A DNA stretch of 64,000 bases from an uncultured Nigerium sp. (GTDB taxonomy: Bacteria; Actinomycetota; Actinomycetes; Propionibacteriales; Propionibacteriaceae): assembly GCA_964482465.1 (NCBI GenBank), contig CAYZXQ010000010.1, positions 780 through 64,779 on the forward strand, read 5' to 3'. Of the stretch, positions 47,641 through 58,875 are shown piece after piece. The notes beneath the pieces were generated by a model. It saw nothing but the letters and a program-made list of their open reading frames with translations. It was not told the DNA's origin and ran no database searches. The position numbers were made by a program, and so were the translations under genes. Numbering within the stretch: the stretch's first letter is position 1; each line of letters starts with the position of its first letter.

Positions 47641-48981
47641 GTGAGTTCCCTGTGGTCGAACATCGGCCTCATCGTCGTGCTGATCGTCATCGGCTTCGTC
47701 TTCGTGGCCGCCGAGATGTCGCTGGTGTCGCTGCGGGAGTCGCAGGTGCGGCAGCTCAGCACGCGCGGCAAGCGGGGGCGTGCGGTGGCCCAGCTTGCGG
47801 CCGATCCCAACCGGTTCCTGTCGGCGGTCCAGATCGGCGTGACGCTCTCGGGGTTCCTGTCCGCGGCCTTCGGCGGCGCGACGCTCACTGAAGAGCTGGC
47901 GCCCGTCCTGGTGGGGTGGGGGATGCCCGCCGGAGCCGCCACGCCCGTCGCGCTCGTGCTCGTCACGCTGGTGATCTCCTACTTCACGATCGTGGTCGGC
48001 GAGCTGACCGCCAAGCGGTTGGCGATGCAGCGGCCCGAGGCGTTCGCCATGACCCTCGCCCCGCTGGTCGACGTCATCGCGACCGTCACGCGTCCGGTCA
48101 TCTGGTTCCTGGGCGTGTCGACGAACGTGGTGGTCCGGGTGTTCGGCGGCGACCCCAAGGCGGCGCGCGACCAGGTCACCGACGAGGAACTGCGCGCCAT
48201 GGTCAACTCCTCGGCGACCCTCGGCGTCGAGGAGCGCGCCATCGTGGACGAGGTTTTCTCGGCCGGCGAGGTCAGCCTACGCGAGGCGATGGTGCCGCGC
48301 ACCGAGGTCGATTTCCTGCCCGGCGACACGCCCGCCTATCGCGCGATCCGCGAGGCGGGGGAGCGTGCCCACTCGCGGTATCCGGTCATTGGCCGCGATC
48401 TGGACGATGTTCTGGGGTTCGTGCACCTGCGCGACCTGTTCGACCTCGACCCTGCCGAGCGCGGCACGCCGGTCGCCCAGTTGGTCCGGCCCATCGCGTC
48501 GCTGCCCCAGACGGTGAAGATCCTGCGGGCGCTCAAGGTGATGCAGGCCGGCAACGACCACATGGTGATCGTCCGCGACGAGTACGGCGGCACCGCTGGC
48601 ATCGTCACCATCGAGGACCTCGTGGAGGAGCTCATCGGCGACATCACCGACGAGTTCGACCAGGAGGTCCCGGTCGCGACCGGCTCCAACGCCCTGGACG
48701 GGCTCCAGACCATCGAGGAGTTCTCCGAGACCTTCGGCTACCTGCTGCCCGAGGGCCCCTACGACACCGTGGCGGGCTATGTCATGGCCCAGTTGGGCCG
48801 GCTGCCGCAGGTGGACGACGCCGTCGAGGTCAGCCTCTTCCCGACGGCCGATCCCGCAGGCGACCCCCAGGACTTTCGGCTGAGCGTCGCCGAGCTCGAC
48901 GGGCGCCGCGCCAGCCGCCTGATCCTGACCCGGGTGACGCCCGCCGCGGATGCGGAATCCGCCTCCCCGGAGGCGATGTGA
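47641..48981 (+). CDS. CNNM/CBS (CorC/hemolysin-family) membrane protein
   Basis: FVAAEMSLVS, VQIGVT, GELTAK, MVPRT, HSRYPV, DEYGGTAG, EDLVEELIGDI.DE. Confidence 0.92.
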   Translation: MSSLWSNIGLIVVLIVIGFVFVAAEMSLVSLRESQVRQLSTRGKRGRAVAQLAADPNRFLSAVQIGVTLSGFLSAAFGGATLTEELAPVLVGWGMPAGAATPVALVLVTLVISYFTIVVGELTAKRLAMQRPEAFAMTLAPLVDVIATVTRPVIWFLGVSTNVVVRVFGGDPKAARDQVTDEELRAMVNSSATLGVEERAIVDEVFSAGEVSLREAMVPRTEVDFLPGDTPAYRAIREAGERAHSRYPVIGRDLDDVLGFVHLRDLFDLDPAERGTPVAQLVRPIASLPQTVKILRALKVMQAGNDHMVIVRDEYGGTAGIVTIEDLVEELIGDITDEFDQEVPVATGSNALDGLQTIEEFSETFGYLLPEGPYDTVAGYVMAQLGRLPQVDDAVEVSLFPTADPAGDPQDFRLSVAELDGRRASRLILTRVTPAADAESASPEAM

Positions 48982-49029
48982 GCCGCTAAGGTGGCGCGCG
49001 TTTCCCGAACCGAGCGGCAGGAGGTGGCC

Positions 49030-50241
49030 ATGGCGGACGACGGCTCGGCCCTGCTGTCCTCGGACGCCGTGGGCGAGTTGCTGGACGCCGCGGTGCGGCA
49101 CGCGGGCGGACGGCTCGCGTCCTGGGCCCTGGACCACATCGACTTCAACCCGAACCACTCCACGACCGCCACCTACAGCGCCGTGGTGGAGTGGCCCTAC
49201 GGCCGCCGCGACGAGTTGTTGGGGGTGAGCGCCCGCGCCCACGGGCTCGCGGCGAGCGACGAGCGGGCCGAAATCTTCGCCGACGGCGACCGCGAGGTCG
49301 CGGTGTGGCTGTATCCCCACGACCCCGACCTGCCCGGGCTGGCGCGGGCCGCCTATCCCGAGACCATGGCGCAGGTCCTGACCGAGTCCGGCGCGGTGGC
49401 CGTTCCCGTGGCCGCCGACGCCCTCGACCTGGAGATGATCGGCTACCGTCCCCGGCGCCGGGCGGTCCTGCGGGTCGGTGTGGCCTCGCCGCCCGTCACC
49501 TTCTTCGTGAAGGTGCTGCGCGAGCGGCTGTTCGCCGACGTCTACGAGCGACACCGGCTCCTGGTGGCGGCCGGGGTTCCGGCGCCTCAGGTCGCCGCGA
49601 CGACCTCCGACCACCTGCTGATCCTGCGGCAACTCCCCGGGCGTCCGCTGGCGCAGGCCGTCTTCGACGACGCCGATCCGTGCTCGGCCGAGCAGCTCAT
49701 CCACGTGCTGGACGCCATGCCGCCCGCGGTGGCCCGGCTGGAGCGGCGTCCGCCGTGGTCGGACGCCGTTGCCCACTACGGCGGGATGGTGACCCAGTCG
49801 CTCCCGCGCGTCGCGCCCCGCGTGGACTGGCTCGTCCGGCAGATCACGGCCGGCCTCGCTGGGCTGCCGCTCGGCGACGAGCCCACGCACGGCGACTTCC
49901 ACGAGGGGCAGGTCCACGTCGCCCAGGGGCGCGTGGTCGGCGTCCTCGACGTCGACACGATCGGCCCCGGACGCCGCGCCGACGATTTGGCCTGCCTCAT
50001 CGCGCACCTGTCGACGATCCAGAGGATGAACCCGCGGCAGGAGCAACGTGTCCACCAGTTGCTGCGGACGTGGGTTCCCGTCTTCGACCGCCGCGTCGAT
50101 CCCGTCGAACTGCGGCTGCGGGCGGCCGCCGTCATCATTTCCCTTGCCACCGGGCCCTACCGGGGTCAGGAGCCCCACTGGGAGCTCGAGACCGAGCGCA
50201 TGATCGCGTCCGCGACGGCGCTCGTGCGGCAGGTTGCCTGA
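49030..50241 (+). CDS. Aminoglycoside/choline phosphotransferase-fold kinase
   Basis: YP.DPDLPGL, YRPRRRAV, FVKV, HGDFHEGQ, DVD, DLAC. Confidence 0.75.
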   Translation: MADDGSALLSSDAVGELLDAAVRHAGGRLASWALDHIDFNPNHSTTATYSAVVEWPYGRRDELLGVSARAHGLAASDERAEIFADGDREVAVWLYPHDPDLPGLARAAYPETMAQVLTESGAVAVPVAADALDLEMIGYRPRRRAVLRVGVASPPVTFFVKVLRERLFADVYERHRLLVAAGVPAPQVAATTSDHLLILRQLPGRPLAQAVFDDADPCSAEQLIHVLDAMPPAVARLERRPPWSDAVAHYGGMVTQSLPRVAPRVDWLVRQITAGLAGLPLGDEPTHGDFHEGQVHVAQGRVVGVLDVDTIGPGRRADDLACLIAHLSTIQRMNPRQEQRVHQLLRTWVPVFDRRVDPVELRLRAAAVIISLATGPYRGQEPHWELETERMIASATALVRQVA

Positions 50242-50298
50242 GACAGATCGGGTGCACCCGTCGCGCGCCGGGGGACGCCGAGGGATAGGGTGAAGGTC

Positions 50299-52146
50299 AT
50301 GACCGACCAAGCCACTCAGCTTGCCGGCGACTTCGCGGTTCCCAGCATTGAGCAGTGGGAGAAAGAGGTCCTGAAGGTCCTCAACCGCGGCCGCCCCGCA
50401 GGCAAGGAACTGACGATCGACCAGGCCATGGCACGGCTGAGCTCCACCACGGTGGACGGCCTCGCCATCGAGCCCCTCTACCACCTGGACGGCGATCCCG
50501 CCCCCCTCGGGTACCCCGGCATCATGCCGTTCACGCGGGGCACCACCGTGCGGGCCGGCGCCGGCTGGGACATCCGGGCCCTCCACGAGGATCCCGATGT
50601 GGCGGCCACCAACGCGGCCGTGCTCGACGACCTGAACCGCGGGGCCACGTCGGTGTGGCTGCGCGTGGGGTCCGACGCGCTCGCGGCCTCCGATCTCGCG
50701 GCCGCTCTGGCGGGCGTGCAGCCGGAGCTGGCTGCCGTGTCGGTGTCGGCCGTCGAGGATCAGGCCGCCGCCGCGGACGCCCTCGCCGCCTTCTTCCGCG
50801 CCAGCGGCAAGGCCGCCGACGTGGTGGGCAACCTGGGCGTCGACCCGCTGGGTGCCGCCGCGCTCACGGGCGCGGACGCCGACCTCTCGGTCCTGGCCCC
50901 CGCCGTCGAGACCGCGCGTGAGTTCGGGGGCGTCCGCGCCCTCGTCGTCGACGTGCTGGGCTACGACGCCGCCGGTGCCGGCGACATCGGCCTGCTGGCC
51001 TACGCGGTCGCGACCGGCGTCGAGTACGTGCGCGCGCTGGACGCCGCGGGCATCGCCCCGGCCGAGGCCTTCGGTCAGATCGCGTTCCGGGTGCCGGCGT
51101 CCGCCGACCAGTTCACGACCATCGCCCGCCTGCGCGCCCTGCGCCGCCTGTGGGCCCGGGTGGGCGAGGTCCTCGAGGTTCCCGAGGCGGAGCGCGGCGC
51201 GCTCCAGCACGCGGTCACCTCGTGGCGCATGATCACGCGCGACGACCCGTACGTGAACCTGCTGCGTGGCACCATCGCGACGTTCGCCGCCGCGGTCGGT
51301 GGCGCCGAGATCGTCACGACCCTGCCGTTCGACAGCGCCCATGGCCTGCCGACGGACTTCAGCCGCCGCATGGCGCGCAACACGCAACTGCTGGCGTCGG
51401 AGGAGTCGAATGTCGGCCGCGTGGCCGACCCGGCCGGCGGCTCGTGGTTCGTCGAGTCCCTCACCGACCAGCTCGCGCAGAAGGGCTGGGAGGAGTTCCA
51501 GGCGATCGAGGCGGCCGGCGGCATGGCGAAGGCCCTCGCCGACGGCGTCGTCGCCGACCAGATCGCCGCCGTGGCGTCCGAGCGCGCCAAGCGCCTGGCC
51601 ACCCGCAAGCAGCCGATCACGGGCGTCAGCATGTTCCCGCTGGCGACCGAGCCCGAGCTGGAGGCCAAGCCGCGTCCGGCGGCGCCGCAGCGCGCGGGCC
51701 TGCAGCCCGTCCGCGACGCCCAGGTCTTCGAGGACCTGAGCGACAAGGTCGCCGCGGCCGGCAACCCGCCGGTCTTCCTGGCGTGCCTGGGGCAGCGCCG
51801 CGACTTCGGCGGCCGCGAGCAGTTCACCTCCAACCTGTTGCTGGTGGGCGGCTTCACGTTCCCGAGCTGCGAGGGCGGCACGCCCGAGGAGATCGCGGCG
51901 CAGGCCAAGGAGTCCGGCGCCGCGATGGCGGTGCTGTGCAGCTCGGCCAAGGTGTACGCCGAGCAGGCCATGGCCGTCGCCAAGGCGCTCAAGGGCGCCG
52001 GCGTCGGCACCGTGTTCATCGCGGGCCGCAAGGCCGAAGTGGGCGACGCCGATGTGGATTCCGTCATCGACGGCGAGATCTTCGACGGCATGGACGTGGT
52101 GGCGTTCGCCAACGACACCCTCGACCGGATTGGGGCAGACAAGTGA
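50299..52146 (+). CDS. mutA: Methylmalonyl-CoA mutase small subunit
   Basis: [41 protein letters not shown]; no DxHxxG. Confidence 0.92.
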   Translation: MTDQATQLAGDFAVPSIEQWEKEVLKVLNRGRPAGKELTIDQAMARLSSTTVDGLAIEPLYHLDGDPAPLGYPGIMPFTRGTTVRAGAGWDIRALHEDPDVAATNAAVLDDLNRGATSVWLRVGSDALAASDLAAALAGVQPELAAVSVSAVEDQAAAADALAAFFRASGKAADVVGNLGVDPLGAAALTGADADLSVLAPAVETAREFGGVRALVVDVLGYDAAGAGDIGLLAYAVATGVEYVRALDAAGIAPAEAFGQIAFRVPASADQFTTIARLRALRRLWARVGEVLEVPEAERGALQHAVTSWRMITRDDPYVNLLRGTIATFAAAVGGAEIVTTLPFDSAHGLPTDFSRRMARNTQLLASEESNVGRVADPAGGSWFVESLTDQLAQKGWEEFQAIEAAGGMAKALADGVVADQIAAVASERAKRLATRKQPITGVSMFPLATEPELEAKPRPAAPQRAGLQPVRDAQVFEDLSDKVAAAGNPPVFLACLGQRRDFGGREQFTSNLLLVGGFTFPSCEGGTPEEIAAQAKESGAAMAVLCSSAKVYAEQAMAVAKALKGAGVGTVFIAGRKAEVGDADVDSVIDGEIFDGMDVVAFANDTLDRIGADK

Positions 52147-54332
52147 CCACCATCCCGCGTTTCGACAAGGTCGCCCTGGGCGATGCCGCGGTGGCCGCGG
52201 ACGCCGCCGCTCGCTTCGAGCAGTTGCGCGACTCGCTGCCGAAGTTCAGCACCGGGTGGCAGACCCCGGAGCACATCCTGGTGCCGCCGCTGTACACCGA
52301 CGCCGACTTCGAGGGCCTGGATTTCCTGCACACGATGCCGGGCATCCCGCCGTTCCTCCGCGGCCCGTACTCGACGATGTACGTCAACCAGCCGTGGACC
52401 ATCCGGCAGTACGCCGGCTTCTCCACCGCCGAGGAGTCCAACGCGTTCTACCGCCGCAACCTGGCCGCCGGCCAGAAGGGCCTGAGCATCGCGTTCGACC
52501 TCGCGACGCACCGCGGCTACGACCCCGACCACCCGCGCGTCCCCGGTGACGTCGGTATGGCGGGCGTCTCGGTGGCGTCCATCCTCGACATGCGCCAGCT
52601 GTTCGCGGGCATCCCGCTGGACCAGATGTCGGTGTCGATGACCATGAACGGCGCGGTGCTGCCGATCCTGGCGCTCTACGTCGTCGCGGCCGAGGAGCAG
52701 GGGGTGAAGCCGGAGCAGCTCGCGGGGACGATCCAGAACGACATCCTCAAGGAGTTCATGGTCCGGAACACCTACATCTACCCGCCGGCCCCCTCCATGC
52801 GGATCATCTCCGACATCTTCGCGTTCACGAGCGCGAACATGCCGAAGTTCAACTCGATCTCGATCTCCGGCTACCACATGCAGGAGGCCGGGGCGACGGC
52901 CGACATCGAGATGGCCTACACGCTGGCCGACGGCGTGGAGTACATCCGGGCGGGTCAGAGCGTCGGGCTGGACGTGGACGCCTTCGCGCCGCGCCTGTCC
53001 TTCTTCTGGGCCATCGGCATGAACTTCTTCATGGAGGTCGCCAAGATGCGGGCGGCCCGCCTGCTCTGGGCGCGGCTGGTCCGCGAGGCCGGGGCGAAGA
53101 ACCCCAAGTCGATGAGCCTGCGGACGCACAGCCAGACGTCGGGCTGGTCGCTCACCGCTCAGGACGTGTTCAACAACGTCATGCGCACCTGCTTGGAGGC
53201 CATGGCGTCCACGCAGGGCCACACGCAGTCGCTGCACACCAACGCCCTGGACGAGGCCATCGCCCTGCCGACCGACTTCTCGGCGCGCATCGCCCGCAAC
53301 ACCCAGCTGTTCATCCAGCAGGAGTCGGGCACGACGCGTCCGGTCGACCCGTGGGCGGGTTCCGCTTACGTGGAGAAGCTCACCTACGACCTGGCCCAGG
53401 CCGGCTGGAAGCTGATCCAAGAGGTCGAGGCGGCCGGCGGCATGGCCAAGGCCATCGAGGCCGGCATTCCGAAGATGCGCATCGAGGAGGCGGCAGCCCG
53501 CACCCAGGCGCGCATCGACTCGGGTCGCCAGCCGCTCATCGGCGTCAACAAGTACCAGGTCGAGAACGACGTGGCCCCCGAGATCCTCAAGGTCGACAAC
53601 GCCGCGGTCCGCGCCCAGCAGATCGCCAAGTTGGAGCGCCTGCGCGCCGAGCGCAACGAGGACGAGGTCCAGGCGGCGCTCGACAAGCTCACCTGGTCCG
53701 CGGCCAACCCCGATCCGACCGATCCCGAGCGCAACCTGCTCAAGCTCGCCATCGACGCGGCGCGCGCAAAGGCGACGGTCGGCGAGATCAGCTATGCCCT
53801 CGAGAAGGAGTTCGGGCGCTACACGGCGCAGATCCGTACGATCAGTGGCGTGTACAGCTCCGAGTCCGGTGACACCACCGCGGTCGACAAGGCCCGCGCG
53901 CTGGTGTCCGAGTTCGAGGCGGCCGAGGGACGCCGCCCGCGCATCCTCGTCGCCAAGATGGGCCAGGACGGCCACGACCGCGGCCAGAAGGTCATCTCGA
54001 CGGCCTTCGCGGACCTCGGCATGGACGTCGATGTCGGCCCGCTGTTCCAGACGCCCGAAGAGGTCGCCCGCCAGGCGATCGAGGCCGATGTCCACGTCGT
54101 GGGCGTCTCCTCGCTGGCCGCCGGTCACCTCACGTTGGTGCCCGCGCTCCGCAAGGAGTTGGACGCCCAGGGCGCCGAGGACATGCTGATCGTCGTCGGC
54201 GGCGTCATCCCCGAGGTCGACTTCGACGAGCTGCGCGCCGGCGGTGCCGACGCGATCTTCCCGCCCGGCACGGTCATCCCCGAGGCCGCCATCGAGATGC
54301 TCACCAAGCTCGTGGAGCGTGCTCAGGCGTGA
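52143..54332 (+). CDS. mutB: Methylmalonyl-CoA mutase large subunit
   Basis: [25 protein letters not shown]12-binding [10 protein letters not shown]. Confidence 0.97.
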   Translation: MTTIPRFDKVALGDAAVAADAAARFEQLRDSLPKFSTGWQTPEHILVPPLYTDADFEGLDFLHTMPGIPPFLRGPYSTMYVNQPWTIRQYAGFSTAEESNAFYRRNLAAGQKGLSIAFDLATHRGYDPDHPRVPGDVGMAGVSVASILDMRQLFAGIPLDQMSVSMTMNGAVLPILALYVVAAEEQGVKPEQLAGTIQNDILKEFMVRNTYIYPPAPSMRIISDIFAFTSANMPKFNSISISGYHMQEAGATADIEMAYTLADGVEYIRAGQSVGLDVDAFAPRLSFFWAIGMNFFMEVAKMRAARLLWARLVREAGAKNPKSMSLRTHSQTSGWSLTAQDVFNNVMRTCLEAMASTQGHTQSLHTNALDEAIALPTDFSARIARNTQLFIQQESGTTRPVDPWAGSAYVEKLTYDLAQAGWKLIQEVEAAGGMAKAIEAGIPKMRIEEAAARTQARIDSGRQPLIGVNKYQVENDVAPEILKVDNAAVRAQQIAKLERLRAERNEDEVQAALDKLTWSAANPDPTDPERNLLKLAIDAARAKATVGEISYALEKEFGRYTAQIRTISGVYSSESGDTTAVDKARALVSEFEAAEGRRPRILVAKMGQDGHDRGQKVISTAFADLGMDVDVGPLFQTPEEVARQAIEADVHVVGVSSLAAGHLTLVPALRKELDAQGAEDMLIVVGGVIPEVDFDELRAGGADAIFPPGTVIPEAAIEMLTKLVERAQA

Positions 54333-55339
54333 GGAAACAACTGACGGTCGAGGAGTTGGCGGCCGGTGTGGTCGCCAACTCCCGGCCGATCGTCGCGAAA
54401 GCGATCACCCTGGTGGAGTCGTCGCGTCCGGTCGACCGTGACCGGGCGCGCGAACTCCTGATGGGGCTGCGCGAGCACACCGGCAACTCGGTGCGCGTCG
54501 GCATTTCCGGGGTGCCGGGAGCGGGCAAGTCGACCTTCGTGGACGCCATGGGGCGGCGCCTCATCGAGCGCGGTCACAAGATCGGTGTCCTCGCGGTCGA
54601 CCCCTCGTCGTCCCGCACCGGCGGGTCGATCTTGGGCGACCGGACCCGCATGGGCGAGCTGGCCGCGTCGCAGGACGTCTTCATCCGGCCCTCGCCGTCG
54701 GGCAACCACCTGGGCGGCGTCGCCCGGGCCACCCGCGAGTCGATGCTGGTGCTGGAGGCGGCCGGCTACGACGTCATGCTGATCGAGACCGTCGGCGTCG
54801 GGCAGTCCGAGGTCGCCGTCGCGGGAATGGTCGACACCTTCCTGCTCATCACGCTCGCGCGTGCGGGCGACCAGTTGCAGGGCATCAAGCGGGGCATTCT
54901 CGAGATGGCCGATGTCATCACGGTCAACAAGGCCGATGGCGACCACGAGGCCGAGGCGCGGGTCGCCGCGCGCGACCTCAAGAGTGCGATGCGGCTCATC
55001 ACGAGCGACCCGAACGCGCGGCGTCCGCCCGTGCTCACGTCCAGCTCCTACACAGGCATGGGCCTGGACGACGTGTGGCAGGCCATCCTCGACCACCGGG
55101 CCTACCTGGAGTCCCACGGCGGCTTGGCGTCCCGGCGCAACGCGCAACAGTTGGAGTGGCTGTGGTCGCTGGTCGAGGACGCCGTCCTGGATGGCGTCCG
55201 GCGCTCCCCGCACGTCGAGAGCCTGCGCGCCAGCGTCGAGTCCCTGATCGCCCACGGCGAGCTGTCCGCGCTGGAGGGCTCCGAGCAGCTCATCCGGGCG
55301 TTCGTGGACGATGTCCCGACGCTCTGGCCGTCTGGGTAG
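54329..55339 (+). CDS. meaB: Methylmalonyl-CoA mutase-associated GTPase
   Basis: [39 protein letters not shown]. Confidence 0.95.
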   Translation: MRKQLTVEELAAGVVANSRPIVAKAITLVESSRPVDRDRARELLMGLREHTGNSVRVGISGVPGAGKSTFVDAMGRRLIERGHKIGVLAVDPSSSRTGGSILGDRTRMGELAASQDVFIRPSPSGNHLGGVARATRESMLVLEAAGYDVMLIETVGVGQSEVAVAGMVDTFLLITLARAGDQLQGIKRGILEMADVITVNKADGDHEAEARVAARDLKSAMRLITSDPNARRPPVLTSSSYTGMGLDDVWQAILDHRAYLESHGGLASRRNAQQLEWLWSLVEDAVLDGVRRSPHVESLRASVESLIAHGELSALEGSEQLIRAFVDDVPTLWPSG

Positions 55340-55639
55340 CCGAACCGCGCCTGAGCATCGCATCCCCGAGTCCCCGGGGACGGCCAATCCCGTGCGGTCG
55401 TGGGTCCCCGAGCATGTCGAGGCACGCGGGGACGGCAGAGGCTCGGTGCTTGGCGCGCACCGTGGTTCGCGGAGAGAACCCTGTGCGCAGACATGTCCGC
55501 AGCGCTCGTCGCCCACCTGCTGCCACGAGCGCAGGTGACCCTCGCGCTCGTAGCCGCAGCGCTCGGCGGCCCGCCAGGACCCCTCGTTCCAGGGAAACGC
55601 CGATCACTCATGTTCTGGCTGCGGCGGCCCGGATCGAGC

Positions 55640-55927
55640 GATCCGAACCCCCACCAGCGTCGAAACCATTGAGCCCCTGCCTGCCCCGACACACCCACCC
55701 CAGCCGACGCCTCCACCGTGGTTACCCCCGCCGCGATCAACCGCCGAAACTCCCGCTGCACAGCACGCGAGGACTCCGGCCGCCCCGGCGAGCGCATCGG
55801 CGCCCGGATCGCCCGATCCGCCGCCCACTGCCGACGCCCCCGGCCGGCGCCTGTGGCACTTGGTTCCTCGGTCGTCCCCGCCAACACCTCCGCGATCGAG
55901 GCGTTGCGACGACCAGTTGAATTCGCC
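55640..55927 (-). mobile_element. Truncated IS30-family left end (IRL plus transposase N-terminus)
   Basis: GGCGAATTCAACTGGTCGTCGCAAC at 55927 down resembles IS30-family termini; followed by GRRQWAADRA.R.PMRSPGRP..RAVQREF.RLIAAG..GVS....WFR, then apparent frameshift; no DDE domain. Confidence 0.7.
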
Positions 55928-55989
55928 ATGCGAGCCCACGATCGAGTGGTTCCGGCTCATCTCGCCCGACCCGTCCTCGCCAGAACAGC

Positions 55990-56190
55990 ATGAATCAGCG
56001 GTTCCCCAGGGCTCTACGTAGAGTTCCAGCCGCGCGATGGCGTCCACGGTGAGCGTCCACCGGAACCGTCGTGATCAGGGGGATGAGCGGGTCGCGGCTG
56101 GCCTCCACCAGGGGCAAGTCGGCGTCGGTGAAGGCGCGCAGGAGGACGCCCTCGCCGGTCGGGCGGCGAAGTTCGGTCGGCAACACGCGC
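55990..56190 (-). pseudogene. RimJ/RimL-type GNAT acetyltransferase remnant with internal deletion
   Basis: N-terminal LRAFTDADLPLV.EASRDPLIPLITTVP joined out of frame to C-terminal IARLELYVEPW. Confidence 0.6.
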
Positions 56191-56273
56191 CCACGTCCTC
56201 ACCTCGCTCGGCGGGCGCGCACTCGATCGGCGAAGCCGGCGCGGAGGTGCCTCCCGTCGTTGACGCGTGACGC

Positions 56274-57131
56274 TCACACCACCGCGATCTCGAAGTCGCC
56301 GTGTGCGCGGAGCGCGTCGGCATAGTGGGCGCGTTGTTCGGCGGTCGGTTCAAGCAGGTGGGAGGCGAGGGGTCGGACGCCGTGGGCGCGATACCCGATG
56401 ACCTTGACGCGCATCCGGGGGTCGATGGACGCCAGCCATGCGCCCGTCGCCGCGAGGGTCTCCGGATCGTCGTTGGCGCCGGCCGCCAGCATCAGCCGCA
56501 CCTCGTGGAGCTTGCCGCGCTGCGCGAGGAGCCGGATGCTGGCCCGGACCCGCTCGTTGCCCTCACCGGTGAGTCGGCGGTGGGTGGCGGCGTCCAGCGC
56601 TTTGAGGTCGACCATCGCGGCATCCAGGACCGGATCGAGCAGGTCCCACACCTCCGGAGGCGCGTCCCCGTTGGTGTCGACGAAGCACGTGAGCCGCGCG
56701 AGCTCGGGGTCGGCCTTGAGGGACGCGAACAGCGCCGCCAGGAACTCCGGCTGCGCCGTGGCCTCGCCGCCCGACACGGTGACGCCCGACAGGAACGGCG
56801 CGGCTGGACGAACGGCGTCCAACACCTGCGCGACGCTCAGCCGCCGGGCCTTGGGTGAGGCGTCGTACGGACACACCCGCGTGCAGGCGTCCGACCCCGT
56901 GCAGGCCGCCGCATCCCAGACGACCGCACCGTCCCGCAGGCTGAGCGCGCCCGCGTCGCAGGACTCCAGGCACAGCCCGCAGTCGTTGCAGACGTTGATG
57001 GTGTAGGGGTTGTGGCAGGCGACGCAGTTGAAGGTGCAGCCCTGCAGAAACAGCACGAACCGGTTGCCGGGTCCGTCGACCGCCGAGAACTCGATCCAGT
57101 CGTTGACCAGGCCCTTGACCGCAGCCGTCAC
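56274..57131 (-). CDS. yjjW: YjjW-family glycyl-radical enzyme activase (radical SAM with ferredoxin insert)
   Basis: FSAVDGPGNR..LFLQGCTFNCVACHNP, CNDCGLCLESC/CTGSDACTRVCP, GVTVSGGEAT, DTNG, MVDLK; GTG overlaps the yjjI stop. Confidence 0.88.
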   Translation of the reverse strand: MTAAVKGLVNDWIEFSAVDGPGNRFVLFLQGCTFNCVACHNPYTINVCNDCGLCLESCDAGALSLRDGAVVWDAAACTGSDACTRVCPYDASPKARRLSVAQVLDAVRPAAPFLSGVTVSGGEATAQPEFLAALFASLKADPELARLTCFVDTNGDAPPEVWDLLDPVLDAAMVDLKALDAATHRRLTGEGNERVRASIRLLAQRGKLHEVRLMLAAGANDDPETLAATGAWLASIDPRMRVKVIGYRAHGVRPLASHLLEPTAEQRAHYADALRAHGDFEIAVV

Positions 57132-58681
57132 GCCCGGACGAGCGGATCCAGCTCGATGGCCGTGACCCGCTTGACGGCCCGCGTGAGGACCGTGTGGTTC
57201 TCCTCGGCCGTCGCCGCGAGGTAGTCGGAGCCGTGCCGCGCGCCGTGCTCCCCGATGCCGACGAGGTCGGACTTGCGGACGAGGTAGCCGGTGATCCGGA
57301 TGAACTCGTTCGACTCCAGGTTGAACGTGAAGTCGCGCATGCCGACGCCCAGCGCGCCGCGGATGATGTCCACCATGGCCCGCGGGTTGCGGGTCGCGGT
57401 CTCGTCCACGTGGAAGATGTCGCTGATGCCGGAGGGGAACAGCTTGTGGTGCGGAGCCACGATCGTGATGTGCTCGCGCATGCCCGGCTCGTCGCCGATG
57501 GGCAGGCGTGTGCCGGCGGTGGCGTCGAGGTCGAGATCGATGCCGCTCTGGCTGTGCAGGTAGGCGAAGCCGTCGCCGCCGGCGCAATACGGCAGCGGGC
57601 GCGCGGCCACGAGCTCGGCGATGCGCTCGGTGATGCGGTAGGACGCCACGTTGGCGGCGTCGTCGTGGCCGTAGCGGGCCTCCGGACGCCCCTCGCGCAC
57701 CATGAGCTCGTTGACGCATTCCGCCAGTCCGAAGATGCCGAACATGGCCGAGAACCGGTCCAGGTCGACCAGCCCCTCGGTCGCGAGGAAGTGGGTGTCG
57801 AAGAAGCGGACGTACTCGACGAGGCTGCGGATCCGGGCCTCGCCCAGCTCGGAGGTCAGCTCGACCCAGTGGGGGAGGGCGTCGGCCAGGAAGGCATCCA
57901 GACCACCGGTGTGCCGCGCGACCGCCTTGGCCAGATTCAGCCGGACGAGCGTGTGGGCGCCGCCGCCGATCTTGAGGGAGTTGTAGCAGCTCACGGCTGC
58001 GTAACCCTCGCCGTGGTCGTCGGTCATCATCGGGTGGTTGACGAAGTGGGGCTTGCCGGTGACGAAGACGGTGCGGACGGCGTCCTCGATGAGGTCGTCG
58101 GGGGTGTCGTCGTCGACCTTGAGGGTGATGTTGGGCACGACCTGACGCAGCGAGCGCTCCACCCGCCAGATCGACCGGATCACGCGGCCGTCGCGCGGGC
58201 CCACGTTCGTATGCACGAAGGCGTCCGGCAGCAGGCGGTCGAGTTGGATCCAGAACAGGCGCAGCTTCGCGTCCAGCTCGTCGTCGGACAGCTCCGCCGG
58301 GACGAACCGCTCCAACAGCTTGTCGAGGTCGCCGACGTAGACGGGGTAGGTCGTCACCGAGGGCACGTGGCCGTAGAGGCAGGTGAGGAAGGACAGCGCC
58401 TCGTCCAGCGTCGTGGGCGGATCGAGCTCAAGCTGCCGGACGCCGACCTGCAGCGCCCGCTCGTAGTCGGGGAGCACGTAGCGGGGCGCTAGAGGCCGGT
58501 TGCCCTCGTACATGTCGCAGATCACCCGGTCGGCGAGGGCGGACGCGCAGGCGTCCGAGAGTTCGGGATAGGGGAGCGCGGACGCCGCCAGGCCAGCCAG
58601 CCGGCGGATCTTCTGGTCGTAGCCCAAGGCGGGGCTCGTCACGATGCCGTCGGCCTGTTCGACAAGGTCATTCCACTCCAC
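57128..58681 (-). CDS. yjjI: YjjI-family glycyl radical enzyme
   Basis: ICDMYEG..P..PRYVLPDY, HVPSVT.YPVY.G.LD, LPDAF.H.N.GP, VPN.TLK, KPH..N, VSCYNSL..GGG..TLVRLNL, HSQSGI, SGISDI, Gly-radical RITGY. Confidence 0.88.
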   Translation of the reverse strand: MEWNDLVEQADGIVTSPALGYDQKIRRLAGLAASALPYPELSDACASALADRVICDMYEGNRPLAPRYVLPDYERALQVGVRQLELDPPTTLDEALSFLTCLYGHVPSVTTYPVYVGDLDKLLERFVPAELSDDELDAKLRLFWIQLDRLLPDAFVHTNVGPRDGRVIRSIWRVERSLRQVVPNITLKVDDDTPDDLIEDAVRTVFVTGKPHFVNHPMMTDDHGEGYAAVSCYNSLKIGGGAHTLVRLNLAKAVARHTGGLDAFLADALPHWVELTSELGEARIRSLVEYVRFFDTHFLATEGLVDLDRFSAMFGIFGLAECVNELMVREGRPEARYGHDDAANVASYRITERIAELVAARPLPYCAGGDGFAYLHSQSGIDLDLDATAGTRLPIGDEPGMREHITIVAPHHKLFPSGISDIFHVDETATRNPRAMVDIIRGALGVGMRDFTFNLESNEFIRITGYLVRKSDLVGIGEHGARHGSDYLAATAEENHTVLTRAVKRVTAIELDPLVRA

Positions 58682-58875
58682 GGGACCAAATTACGCGGTT
58701 CCCTGCCCCGACGCGAACCCGCCCCAGGTCACCGATTCATGACGGTGTGTGAAGAACTGAGCGACGTCTTGGCAAGTGGTATCAGCCCGTAACCACTCGT
58801 GGCGCTTCCGCGGGCTAGCATCGACCTGATGGGGTGGCGAGGACGCCTGCCCCCAAGGAACACAAGGAGAGAATT

